64,000 nucleotides of DNA from Desulfomicrobium sp. (GCA_040768745.1 JAXGMI010000002.1:832001-896000); one strand, 5' to 3'. Numbered from the stretch's first letter, positions 18,500 through 27,526 are shown. Numbers and translations: made by a program. Notes: generated by a model not told the origin, from the sequence alone.

Positions 18500-19057
18500 C
18501 TACCTCGGCGCCCGGAAGTAGATGACGGACTGGGCGCTCATCTTTTTCACGATCTCCTTGCCCTCGGCCTCAAGCTCCATTTTCAGGATTTCCTTTTCTC
18601 CGAAACGGATGGCGTCGGTCAGGCAGGCCTCGGCACAGACGGGCTTTTCACCCGAGTGCACGCGGTCCCAGCACAGGTCGCACTTGTGGGCCTTGTTTCG
18701 GGCCGCGTCGAACTGGATGACCCCGTAGGGACAGGCCTCGATGCAGGCTTTGCCGCCTGCGCATTTCTCGGCCAGGATGCGCACGATCCCGGTCTCGGGG
18801 TCCTTGACGATGGCTTCGGCCTTGCAGGCCTTGATGCAGGCAGCGTTCTTGCAATGCTGGCAGGGCATGACCCAGCTCGTCTCCGAGAGGTTGGGGTACA
18901 CGCCTTGGCGCTCGCATTCCACGCGTAGGTAAAATGGGATCTCCCCGGGCATGCAGTTCTCGTGGTCCACAAGGCCGTGACTGTTGCGGCAGGCCACCAC
19001 GCAGGTCTTGCAGCCGATGCAGCGGTCCAGATCTATGGCCAGACTCAATTGTTTCAT
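18500..19057 (-). CDS. 4Fe-4S electron-transfer subunit (DmsB/PsrB-like)
   Basis: CIGCKTCVVAC, CQHCKNAACIKAC, CAGGKACIEACPY (one Cys replaced by Gly), KCDLC...PVCAEAC. RBS GGAGG. Confidence 0.9.
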   Translation of the reverse strand: MKQLSLAIDLDRCIGCKTCVVACRNSHGLVDHENCMPGEIPFYLRVECERQGVYPNLSETSWVMPCQHCKNAACIKACKAEAIVKDPETGIVRILAEKCAGGKACIEACPYGVIQFDAARNKAHKCDLCWDRVHSGEKPVCAEACLTDAIRFGEKEILKMELEAEGKEIVKKMSAQSVIYFRAPR

Positions 19058-19067
19058 GGCTTCCTCC

Positions 19068-21197
19068 TTACTTGCTGATGCGGACGCGGGTGGACACATG
19101 GGCCTCGCCGCCGACGAGATCCTGCCATTGCAGATGGGAACCGGCGTCGGGGATGAGATCGTTGTCGTTCACGCCCGCCCCCGCTCCCACGCGTCCCACG
19201 CTGGCGCCGAACCCGTGCATGATGCCGATGCAGTCGGGCCGGATGTGCTCGGTCAACTTGACAGGTGTGGTCACGCTGCCCGTGCGCGAAGATATGGTCA
19301 CCTTGTCTCCGTCCCGGATTCCGAGCTTCGCCGCCGCAGCCGTGTTGATGAGGGCCGGGTTGGTGGGCTGGCCCGAGGCCGGGTCGCGCAACTGGGCGTT
19401 GTTCACGGACCAGGGGCCCGTGCCGTTGATGTGAATGCGGCGGTAGCTGATCATGATGAACGGATACTTTTCTGCGTCCGCGTCATATTCGGGAGCAAGG
19501 ATGTTTCTGGGCAGGGCCTGACCGATGTCCTCGAGATCCTCCCAATAGAGTTGGACCTTCTTGCTCGGCGTGCCGAAGCCCCGTTCGCGGTACTTGTAGA
19601 AGCCCAGGGTGCCGGGGGACCATCTGCCGCCCATGTCCTGCAACTTCTTCACGGACAGACCAAGGCCCTTGAGCTGGGTATCGTAGTATTCCACATCGTC
19701 CCTGAACTGGAAGTATTCCGGGAACATGCGCTTTCCGAGTTCGATGAAGACCCGGTTGGAATGCCTGGCTTCACCCGGAGGGTCGACCAGAGGCTGGCGC
19801 AGGAGCACGCCGTGGCCGAAGTTGTACCACCAGGGCATGTACAGGAGTTCCCAGCGCTCGAAGTGGGTCTGGTCCGGCAGTACGATGTCGGCGTACTTGC
19901 CCGTTTCCGAAAGCATGATGTCGGTGTTGAGCAGGAATTCCAGCTTGTAGTTCCCATTCTTGTCCTTCATGCACACGGCCTTCTGCCATTCCCTGCTGCC
20001 CATTTCGGTCAAGGCCGGATTGGCCTCGGTGACCATGAGGATTTTCAGGCCATCGTCCTTGATGGCCTGGGTTTCATACCAAGTGGGCTCCAGGATAAAG
20101 CTGTACTTGGCGAACTTTTCACGGTTCGGGCCGGTGCGGTGAAAGCCCTTATCATGCAGGGGCGCTGGGCCCTTGGGCAGCGGCGTGACGGGGGACAGGG
20201 GCGTCAGGTCCGGAATAGGCTGGCCGCCCGGATTATCGAGATTGCCTGTGATGGCCAGAAAGATGGCCCAGGCGTGGCCGTAATCCAGGGCCTGGCCGAG
20301 CATGATGGACTTGAAGCCGTCCACTCCGACGGCTGGTGCCGCGGCGCACATCTCTGCCAGCTTCACGATGTCCCGGGCCGGGACATCGCAGATCCTGCTC
20401 ATGGCCTCGGGAGTCATGGGTTTCACGTGGGCCTTGACCTTTTCGAAGTCGCCTTCGCGCACCCATTCTTCGACGAACTTCTTGTCATAGAGGTCGTTGG
20501 CGATGAGGTAGTTGATCATACCCAGGAACAGGGCCGTGTCGCCGGACGGCTTGATGGGGATCCACCAGTCAGCCTTGGCCGCGTCGGGGCTGAAGATGGG
20601 GTCGATGACGACAAGCTTTGCGCCTCGGTCCTTGGCCTCCAGGATGTCGCGCGGGGCCACGGCGTCGTCCAGACAACCGAAGGCGTGGCGCCCGGCCAGA
20701 AGCATGATGCCGTCCTTGGGCATGGTGAACCAGGCCGGCGGAATATGGTGGTTGGGGATGCCTCCCCAGCACTTGATCTGGGCCACGATCTTGGCCGAGT
20801 CGCAGTGCGGCAGACCGGTGTTGATGTAGCCTCCATAGGCGTTGAGGAAGTGCCATTTGGGGTCCGTCAGGGAATGGGGAAAAAAGCTGTAGGTCAGCTT
20901 GTGGGCCTCGCCGCGGTCATAAAGGCTTCTCAGCTTGGCCTCGATGGTATCAAGGGCCTCGGCCCACGAGATTTCGGCGAACTTGCCTTCTCCCCGTTCG
21001 CCAATGCGCTTAAGCGGCTTGGTCAGCCGGTCCTTGGAGTACTGCAGGGTCACTCCGGCCATGCCCTTGACGCAAACCTTGCCCCGGAACTTCGGATTGC
21101 CCCGCACCTCCGTGACCCGACCGTCCACAATCCGGGCCTCAATGGCGCACTCGGCTTTGCATTGGTAGCATACCGTCGGATACCAGTTACCGTTCAT
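19068..21197 (-). CDS. Molybdopterin (DMSO reductase family) oxidoreductase catalytic subunit, no TAT leader
   Basis: Begins MNGNWYPTVCYQCKAEC...CVKG (FS0 cluster), DRLTKPLKR, ISWAEALD, VIDP...AAKADWWIPIKPSGD, SETGKYADIVLP, C-terminal pterin-binding AAAKLGIRDGD. RBS GGAGG. Confidence 0.93.
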   Translation of the reverse strand: MNGNWYPTVCYQCKAECAIEARIVDGRVTEVRGNPKFRGKVCVKGMAGVTLQYSKDRLTKPLKRIGERGEGKFAEISWAEALDTIEAKLRSLYDRGEAHKLTYSFFPHSLTDPKWHFLNAYGGYINTGLPHCDSAKIVAQIKCWGGIPNHHIPPAWFTMPKDGIMLLAGRHAFGCLDDAVAPRDILEAKDRGAKLVVIDPIFSPDAAKADWWIPIKPSGDTALFLGMINYLIANDLYDKKFVEEWVREGDFEKVKAHVKPMTPEAMSRICDVPARDIVKLAEMCAAAPAVGVDGFKSIMLGQALDYGHAWAIFLAITGNLDNPGGQPIPDLTPLSPVTPLPKGPAPLHDKGFHRTGPNREKFAKYSFILEPTWYETQAIKDDGLKILMVTEANPALTEMGSREWQKAVCMKDKNGNYKLEFLLNTDIMLSETGKYADIVLPDQTHFERWELLYMPWWYNFGHGVLLRQPLVDPPGEARHSNRVFIELGKRMFPEYFQFRDDVEYYDTQLKGLGLSVKKLQDMGGRWSPGTLGFYKYRERGFGTPSKKVQLYWEDLEDIGQALPRNILAPEYDADAEKYPFIMISYRRIHINGTGPWSVNNAQLRDPASGQPTNPALINTAAAAKLGIRDGDKVTISSRTGSVTTPVKLTEHIRPDCIGIMHGFGASVGRVGAGAGVNDNDLIPDAGSHLQWQDLVGGEAHVSTRVRISK

Positions 21198-22029
21198 GTT
21201 TTTCCTCCTTCTCGTTTGACCCGGAGATCGGGCCGGGTCCTCCCGTTGCAGGTTTGGCGAGGGGGCCGCACGTCGCAGCTTCCGCCACGAGCACCCGCGC
21301 GCCGAAAAAATGATGCAGGGACATGACCGCCAGGCCGGCCAGCATGACCCACAGGCCTGCCTGGTAGACCACGATGCTCCACGGCCTGGCGCACATGAGC
21401 AGGCTGGCCGCGAGGCAGGCGCCGGTGCCCACGATATCCGCCCGCTGCATGCCCAGGTTGAACCAGGATCGGCCGCAACCGTCTTCGGGCGGCGGGCACT
21501 CGAACCAGAGGCGGTTCCACGCCACGCCGAAGGCAACGGCCAGGATCGCACCCCAGGCCATGTGCAGGGGCAGCACCAAGGCCGGCGCCGGAAGCGGCAG
21601 GATGGCCGGGATGGCCGCCGTGGCCGCCGCCGGAGGGTGGTCGGCGTCCAGGATTTGCATCAACGCACTGGCCAGGAGCACGGCCAGACCGAGCTTTGCG
21701 GGCAGGACCATGGCCGTCCCTCCGAGCAGGGTCTCTCCGGCGGCAACGCCGAGCAGACCTCCCACCGTGGCCACAAAATGCCCGACGATGACGGATTTGG
21801 GCCGGGCCACGCGCAGGTAGGTGCAGGTCGCGCCTATGAAGCAGGTTGCTGCCAGGGGGGCATAGAGCACCCCCACACCCGTGCTCTCGCTGACCAGGAC
21901 AATGAAGGCCAGAAACAGGCCCGCCCCGGTGGATCCCCACAGGATGCGCGACAGGGAGATGATTCCGGGGTGGTACACGTCGCGCATGAATTCCCGCCTG
22001 CAGGGCGGGATCAGTCTGATCTCGATCAT
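21187..22029 (-). CDS. HPP-family integral membrane protein
   Basis: VARPKSVIVGH and DHPPAAATA motifs in several hydrophobic helices, plus two extra C-terminal TM segments. RBS GGAGG. Overlaps the Mo-enzyme start. Confidence 0.85.
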   Translation of the reverse strand: MIEIRLIPPCRREFMRDVYHPGIISLSRILWGSTGAGLFLAFIVLVSESTGVGVLYAPLAATCFIGATCTYLRVARPKSVIVGHFVATVGGLLGVAAGETLLGGTAMVLPAKLGLAVLLASALMQILDADHPPAAATAAIPAILPLPAPALVLPLHMAWGAILAVAFGVAWNRLWFECPPPEDGCGRSWFNLGMQRADIVGTGACLAASLLMCARPWSIVVYQAGLWVMLAGLAVMSLHHFFGARVLVAEAATCGPLAKPATGGPGPISGSNEKEEKHER

Positions 22030-22177
22030 GCGGTTCCTCCGTCGTCGCGCATTGCGACGCCGTGTGCAGTGAACAAGTTCTCATTGAAAAAGAGCCCCGA
22101 AAGGGGAAAAAGGTTCGCTCGGGTCATGAATCGGTCCAACTTCCGAGCGAATTGCAGGGAGGCGGTCCGTCGGAGTG

Positions 22178-23602
22178 TCAGTTCGCTCCGGGAGGAAGAA
22201 GGGAATCAAGGTCGCAGGGTGTTTCGAGGATGCCCGCCTGCAGGGCCAGGTTCATGACCCCGGCGGCCCGGCTCCGGTCCGGGGAAAGGTCATGAAAGCT
22301 TACGAATCCACGGTCAAGCACAAAGGCGGCGACATCTCGGTCCACTCCTGTGTAGCGGGACTGGATGGCGGCGCTCTCCTGCGGGCGGGCGTAAACATAG
22401 TCCGCCGCTGCATGCAGGAGGTTCACGTAGCTCGCGAGCAGTTCCGGATTGGAGCGGGCGAAGTCGTCCCGGACGGCCAGAATGCAGCAGACATGGTCCG
22501 GAGTCAGATCCCGGGAACGGATCATGATTCTGCCCGTGCCGGCGGCCTCGGCCAGCAGGCCCCACGGTTCGGCGCAGAAGAAGCCGTCCAGCTCTCCTTT
22601 GGCCAGGGGGCGTTGCATGGAGGACGGGTTCATGTACACGGCCCTGAAGGGCCCGGATCCCCCGGTCTGGCCGAAACCCAGCATCGTCCTCAGCAGCATG
22701 CCGTGGGTGGACAGGGGATGGGGCAGACCCAGGGCCGCCCCGCCGAGGTTCCTGGTCAAGGCCCGGCCCGGGTTTCCGGTCAGGTTGCGGGCAATGGAGC
22801 TGTGCACGGTGATGGCGCTGCCCTCGTGGTGCCCGTCCATAACCCATCTGAGGGGCAGCCCGCGGTTGTGCAGGACCATGGCCAGAGGCGCCATGAGCAT
22901 GGCCGCGTCCAGGGATTCGTTGACCAGGGCCTTGGCCAGCTGCGCCCAGGACAGAAACTTGCGCAGGCAGATGTGGAAGGTCGCCTGGTCGTGGCGCTGG
23001 TGGGCGACCATAGGCAGGAGGTGGTCCGAGATGGGCAGGTAGCCGACGCGGATGGTTTGCCTGTGCTGCCCGGCCACGGAGCGCATCATGCGGTCGCGGG
23101 TCTCGTGCAGCCGGCGCTTGATGGTGCCCACGGGGGCGCCCAGGGCCAGCGAGATCTCCTCGTAGGAACGGCCGAGCAGGTAGCGCTGCACCGCGGCCTC
23201 GCGGTAAACGCCGGACAGGGAGGCCAGGAAGGCCAGGACCGCGTCCCGGGTCTGGAAGCGGGCGAAGTGCTCCACCGGGTCCAGGTCGTCGCCAGGGATG
23301 TCTTCGAGGTCGTCGAGGCGAGCCGTCGCGACCTGGAGCCCGTTCGCACGCAGGATGCGCAGACAGCTTCTGACCACGATGCTGCGTAGCCAGGCGGGAA
23401 AGGAATCCGGGTCGCGCAGGCCGGACAGGTGCAGCCAGGCCGCGAGGAAGGCCTCCTGCACGGCGTCTTCCGCCATGGCATGGTCACGCAGACGCTGCAC
23501 GGCCACGGCCGAGGCCATGTCCGAAAAACGGCGGACCAGTTCCGCGAAAGCGGACCTGTTCCCATCCCGGGCTTGGCGCAAGAGTTCCTGGTAATTTTTC
23601 AC
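22178..23602 (-). CDS. ECF sigma factor fused to an NrtA/CmpA/NasS-like (NitT/TauT) solute-binding domain
   Basis: Sigma region 2 AEDAVQEAFLAAW...SFPAWLRSI, region 4 SYEEISLALGAPVGTIKRRLH. Then IRVGYLPISDH, FLSW, LDAAML, STH, LDGFFCAEPW, DHVCC. No signal peptide or TM segment. GTG start. Confidence 0.85.
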   Translation of the reverse strand: MKNYQELLRQARDGNRSAFAELVRRFSDMASAVAVQRLRDHAMAEDAVQEAFLAAWLHLSGLRDPDSFPAWLRSIVVRSCLRILRANGLQVATARLDDLEDIPGDDLDPVEHFARFQTRDAVLAFLASLSGVYREAAVQRYLLGRSYEEISLALGAPVGTIKRRLHETRDRMMRSVAGQHRQTIRVGYLPISDHLLPMVAHQRHDQATFHICLRKFLSWAQLAKALVNESLDAAMLMAPLAMVLHNRGLPLRWVMDGHHEGSAITVHSSIARNLTGNPGRALTRNLGGAALGLPHPLSTHGMLLRTMLGFGQTGGSGPFRAVYMNPSSMQRPLAKGELDGFFCAEPWGLLAEAAGTGRIMIRSRDLTPDHVCCILAVRDDFARSNPELLASYVNLLHAAADYVYARPQESAAIQSRYTGVDRDVAAFVLDRGFVSFHDLSPDRSRAAGVMNLALQAGILETPCDLDSLLPPGAN

Positions 23603-23876
23603 CGCACTGTGGTCCGGATTCCGAGTTCAGGGGGAAAAGGCAATACCCGCAGCAGAACGACATGGCTGGTCCGGGGGAAGCCCTGTCCCGACTGGGAAGA
23701 GATGCATGCTTACAGTCACACAAATGCGCCCAAGAAGCCAGCCCCTTGCCTGACACAGGGAGTGGACGTTGCGGGCTGCCGGCTCCAGCACACCGTGATC
23801 ATCACTTTTATCTGTTGATAATTTTTCCTACTCATGTTTGTATATTATCGACATTGCATACAAAACGGAGGTATTG

Positions 23877-24341
23877 ATGGACATTAAGAAAAAGATTGAT
23901 CAGGCCAAGGATGCTGTTGAAGACTTGAAGGACCGGGCCGAGGAATGGGCCGACAGGGTCGAAGACAGGATCGACGGAGTCCGCGCGTCCATGGACAAGG
24001 ACAGCGACGGCGTTCCCGATGCCGTGCAGGGTCTGGCCTCCAAGGCCAAGACATTCTTTGCGCAGGCCAAGGACAAGGCCGAGGAACTGGCCGACAAGGC
24101 CGAAGACAGGATCGACGGAGTCCGCGCGTCCATGGACAAGGACGGCGACGGCGTTCCCGATGCCGTGCAGGGTCTGGCCTCCAAGGCCAAGTCATTCTTT
24201 GTGCAGGCCAAGGACAAGGCCGAGGAACTGGCCGACAGGGCTGAAGATAAAATTGAACAAATCAAAGTGGATGCAGGGAAAGCCGTGCAGTCGGCACGGT
24301 CCCGCCTGGATTCCCCGGACAAGGACGACAAAAAGGCGTAG
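23877..24341 (+). CDS. Hydrophilic repeat protein (LEA/general-stress-like helices with DxDxDG motifs)
   Basis: RBS GGAGG. A/D/K/E-rich, with a 47-aa unit containing DKD(S/G)DGVPD present twice. Confidence 0.75.
   Translation: MDIKKKIDQAKDAVEDLKDRAEEWADRVEDRIDGVRASMDKDSDGVPDAVQGLASKAKTFFAQAKDKAEELADKAEDRIDGVRASMDKDGDGVPDAVQGLASKAKSFFVQAKDKAEELADRAEDKIEQIKVDAGKAVQSARSRLDSPDKDDKKA
23937..24239 (+). repeat. Near-identical 141-bp in-frame direct repeat (about 2.2 copies)
   Basis: GAAGACAGGATCGACGG occurs at 23961 and 24102. Confidence 0.88.
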
Positions 24342-24625
24342 GTCTCCGGCAGGCGAAGGCCGCAGGGACCTGCTCCATGGTGCCTCAGCCGTGGGGCTCC
24401 CGGGACCGTGTCCCGGACTGTGCAGGGACCCCATGAGCCGACATGAACGCCTGACTGTACGCCTATGCTGCCAATGACGAAAAACGCGATTCACAGCGGA
24501 GGATTGTTCCCGAACAATCCTGGCAACCCGGCTGGATTGCGTGTATCATGAAACAAAAGAAATCGACATGACCGCGGCAATCCAGCCAGGTCGGTCCATT
24601 TCACTAACTCCAAGAGGAGATTGCC

Positions 24626-25003
24626 ATGGGATTCTTGAGTACGATTCTGGAAAAGCTCGGCTTCGGCAGCACAGCTTCCGCCGCCACCGTTTCAAAACCC
24701 GCTGATGCGGCCCCTTCTGCAGCACAGCCCAAGCCAGTCGCCCTTGTCGATGTCGTGGCCCAGATGGAACAACGCGCTGCGGCAAACCCGCAGAAGCTGA
24801 ACTGGAAGACCTCTATCGTCGATCTGCTGAAGCTCCTCGACATTGACAGCAGCCTTGCTGCGCGCAAGGAGCTGGCCACGGAGCTGGGCTGCCCGGCCGA
24901 CCTGATGGGAGATTCCGCGAAGATGAATGTCTGGCTGCACAAGACCGTGCTTGCGCGTATCGCCGCCAATGGCGGCAATATCCCCAAGGACCTCCTGGAT
25001 TGA
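24626..25003 (+). CDS. DUF3597-family protein
   Basis: LNWKTSIVDLLKLLDIDSSLAARKELA...MNVWLHK...NGG. Confidence 0.85.
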   Translation: MGFLSTILEKLGFGSTASAATVSKPADAAPSAAQPKPVALVDVVAQMEQRAAANPQKLNWKTSIVDLLKLLDIDSSLAARKELATELGCPADLMGDSAKMNVWLHKTVLARIAANGGNIPKDLLD

Positions 25004-25034
25004 GCGGTCGGCACACCCACACAAGGAGGAATAC

Positions 25035-25640
25035 ATGCAGGTAACTGACATTCTTTCACAAATGGGCGGCCTCCAGTCCATGGCGAAGGAACTGGGCGTC
25101 AGTGAAGCCGAGGTGGAGAATGGCGCGTCAGCCCTCATCCCGGCGATTCTGGGCGGATTCAAAAAGCAGGCGCAGTCCCAGCCCGCCGGGCTGGAGGGTC
25201 TCGAGGGCCTGCTCGGACAACTCGGCGGAGACAGCCTTTTGGACAACGTCTTGGCCCCGCAGCCGACAGACATCAGCCGTGGCAACGACGTGCTGGGGCA
25301 GATATTCGGCTCCAAGGAAGTCAGCCGCAACGTCGCGCAAAACGCAGCGTCACAATCGGGGGTCAGTTCGTCCTTGCTGAAGAAGATGCTGCCGATGCTG
25401 GCGATGCTGATCGCAGGCTACATGTCCAAGCAGCGCGGAACGGCGTCAGCCGGCCAGCCTTCCCCCTCGGCGGGTGGAGGTCTTGGGGGCGTGCTCGAGA
25501 GCGTGCTCGGCGGTGGCCAGACATCCGGAAGCGCAACGTCTGGTTCTGGCTTGCCGGGTCTGGCCGCCATGCTCGACTTCAATGGCGACGGCAACGCCCT
25601 GGACGACATCCTGCGCATTGTCGGCAAGGTGCTCCGCTAG
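25035..25640 (+). CDS. DUF937-family protein
   Basis: GNDVLGQIFGS, LLKKMLPMLA, C-terminal LDFNGDGNALDD. RBS AAGGAGG. Confidence 0.8.
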   Translation: MQVTDILSQMGGLQSMAKELGVSEAEVENGASALIPAILGGFKKQAQSQPAGLEGLEGLLGQLGGDSLLDNVLAPQPTDISRGNDVLGQIFGSKEVSRNVAQNAASQSGVSSSLLKKMLPMLAMLIAGYMSKQRGTASAGQPSPSAGGGLGGVLESVLGGGQTSGSATSGSGLPGLAAMLDFNGDGNALDDILRIVGKVLR

Positions 25641-25844
25641 GTTCCTCCTGGCTGAAATGAACATACCTGTTTGCGGTTTGCCGCAACCATCACGGACATG
25701 AGAAGGGGGGGTAGATGTTGACGTCTCCCCCTCTTCGTTTTCGAGCTCAGACCTGCCAGGCAAAGACCCGCACCATCTGGCGGTGCGGAGGCAGTTCCGC
25801 GGGCAGCTTGGCTGTCGCTCCAGAACCCATGAGGGCACCGTGAT

Positions 25845-27464
25845 ATGAATTCCGCCACGCAGTTTGAAAACGTCTGCCGGGCCATGTCGAACCCTGGATT
25901 CTACCCCCATCCCGTTTCACGGCTCGAATTCAGGGAGACCCACATTTCCGCCGTGTTTCTGACCGGTCACTGGGTCTACAAACTCAAGAAGCCGAAAAAT
26001 CTCTCCTTTCTCGACTTTCGGGATCTTGGGGATCGCCACCACTTCTGCCAGCAGGAAGTTCTCCTCAACCAGCGGCTGAGTACCGGAATTTACGAAGGCG
26101 TGGTCGGTATCCGCAGGGATGAGCACGGCAACCTGTCTTTGCATGCCGGGGGGACAATCGTCGAATATGCCGTCAAAATGTTCCAACTGCCTGAGGATTC
26201 GAATTTTGCGGTCATGTTGCGTGAAGGCCGGGTCACCCAAGAGCAGATCTCAGCCTTGGGCCGGATTCTGGCCGCCTTCCATGCGAGAGCCGAAGCGGGT
26301 CCGCACATCGATGCCTTCGGTGATCCGCAACTCATCCGCTCCAATATGGAGGAAAATTTTGAACAGATCCAACCATTTGTGGAAAACCGGATCGACCGCG
26401 AAAAATGGGAGTTCATCTGCCGGATCTGCCTGGCATTCTGGGAGGACCACTGGGCCCTTTTCCAACACCGGCTCAGGAGCGGGAAGATCCGGGACGGCCA
26501 TGGGGATCTGCGCACGGACCACATCTACTTCCACCATGGCATTCAGATCATCGACTGTATCGAGTTCAACCAACGATTCAGATTCGGCGACACGGCCCTC
26601 GATCTGGCTTTCCTGATGATGGATCTGGATCACCTGGGGCATTCCCGCATCGCCCAGACTCTTCTGCAGGTCTACGCCACAACATCCCACGACCCCGAAA
26701 TCTACGCTCTCCTGGAATTTTATGCGGCCTACCGTGCCCTGGTCCGCCTGAAGGTCGCCTGTTTCTCCCTGGACCAGGCTGAACCAGCCCGCCAAGGCCC
26801 TCTTTTGAAGGAGATCTCGCTCTATCTGCTGCAGGCCTACCAGTATGCCCTCTGCTTTGGCCGCCCTGTCCTGTGGGTATTTTTCGGCCTGCCCGCCTCA
26901 GGCAAATCAACCCTGGCCCGCCTGGTGACCCAGGCGCTGTTCATGCCCCTGTTGCAATCCGACATGGTCAGGAAGCAGGATCAGGATTTTCCCCTTGCCA
27001 CGGTCGTCCCCTTCAACACCGGTCAGTACCGGCTCACGATGCGCAACCGGGTTTATGCAAAGCTTTTCAATATGGCCCAGGAGCAGCTCAAAAAAGGGAA
27101 ATCCGTGGCCCTGGATGCCACGTTCTCCGATTCGGCTTGGCGTCGGGAGGCGGTTCGTCTGGCCAGGGATCACAACGCCGGACTGATCTTTGTCCAATGC
27201 ACCTGCGATCCTGAAACCATCAGGGCCCGTTTGGCGCAGCGGGACAAGGCTCCGGGTGCGTCCGATGCCCGACTGATCCATTTTGCGGATATGCTCAAAC
27301 ATCATGAGCCGTTCACGGAAGAAATGGAGGATACCCTGGTCGTGGCGGACACGGACCAGGCCGTGGATCAGACCATGTACGAAATTCTGTCAAAAGCCCA
27401 TGCCCTGAAACGCGCCCAGGTCGCAACGCTTCTGCGCGGTCTCAACGGGACCCGGGAGACATGA
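25845..27464 (+). CDS. Aminoglycoside-phosphotransferase-like kinase fused to a P-loop kinase (COG2187/COG0645 type)
   Basis: ETHIS, YKLKKP, HGDL, DCIEFN, second domain GLPASGKST, LDATF, SDA. Confidence 0.88.
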   Translation: MNSATQFENVCRAMSNPGFYPHPVSRLEFRETHISAVFLTGHWVYKLKKPKNLSFLDFRDLGDRHHFCQQEVLLNQRLSTGIYEGVVGIRRDEHGNLSLHAGGTIVEYAVKMFQLPEDSNFAVMLREGRVTQEQISALGRILAAFHARAEAGPHIDAFGDPQLIRSNMEENFEQIQPFVENRIDREKWEFICRICLAFWEDHWALFQHRLRSGKIRDGHGDLRTDHIYFHHGIQIIDCIEFNQRFRFGDTALDLAFLMMDLDHLGHSRIAQTLLQVYATTSHDPEIYALLEFYAAYRALVRLKVACFSLDQAEPARQGPLLKEISLYLLQAYQYALCFGRPVLWVFFGLPASGKSTLARLVTQALFMPLLQSDMVRKQDQDFPLATVVPFNTGQYRLTMRNRVYAKLFNMAQEQLKKGKSVALDATFSDSAWRREAVRLARDHNAGLIFVQCTCDPETIRARLAQRDKAPGASDARLIHFADMLKHHEPFTEEMEDTLVVADTDQAVDQTMYEILSKAHALKRAQVATLLRGLNGTRET

Positions 27465-27526
27465 CGGGATGGGTCCCGAGCAGAGCCTAAACAGGAACAA
27501 CGACATCCGCGGAGTCCCGCGAGAAG

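Noticed and set aside
16282..21197. Selenocysteine recoding in Prx, rhodanese or the Mo enzyme
   Set aside because: Catalytic positions are Cys in uninterrupted ORFs; no in-frame TGA was seen.
18984..21326. 780-aa plus-strand ORF (also 11450-12673, 31384-33168, 44404-46302, 52107-54200, 54427-56676)
   Set aside because: Antisense shadows of well-supported genes in high-GC DNA, with no recognisable motifs.
21198..21551. N-terminal extension or TAT leader on the Mo enzyme
   Set aside because: Lies out of frame inside the HPP gene, has no twin-Arg plus hydrophobic region, and a strong RBS precedes ATG 21197.
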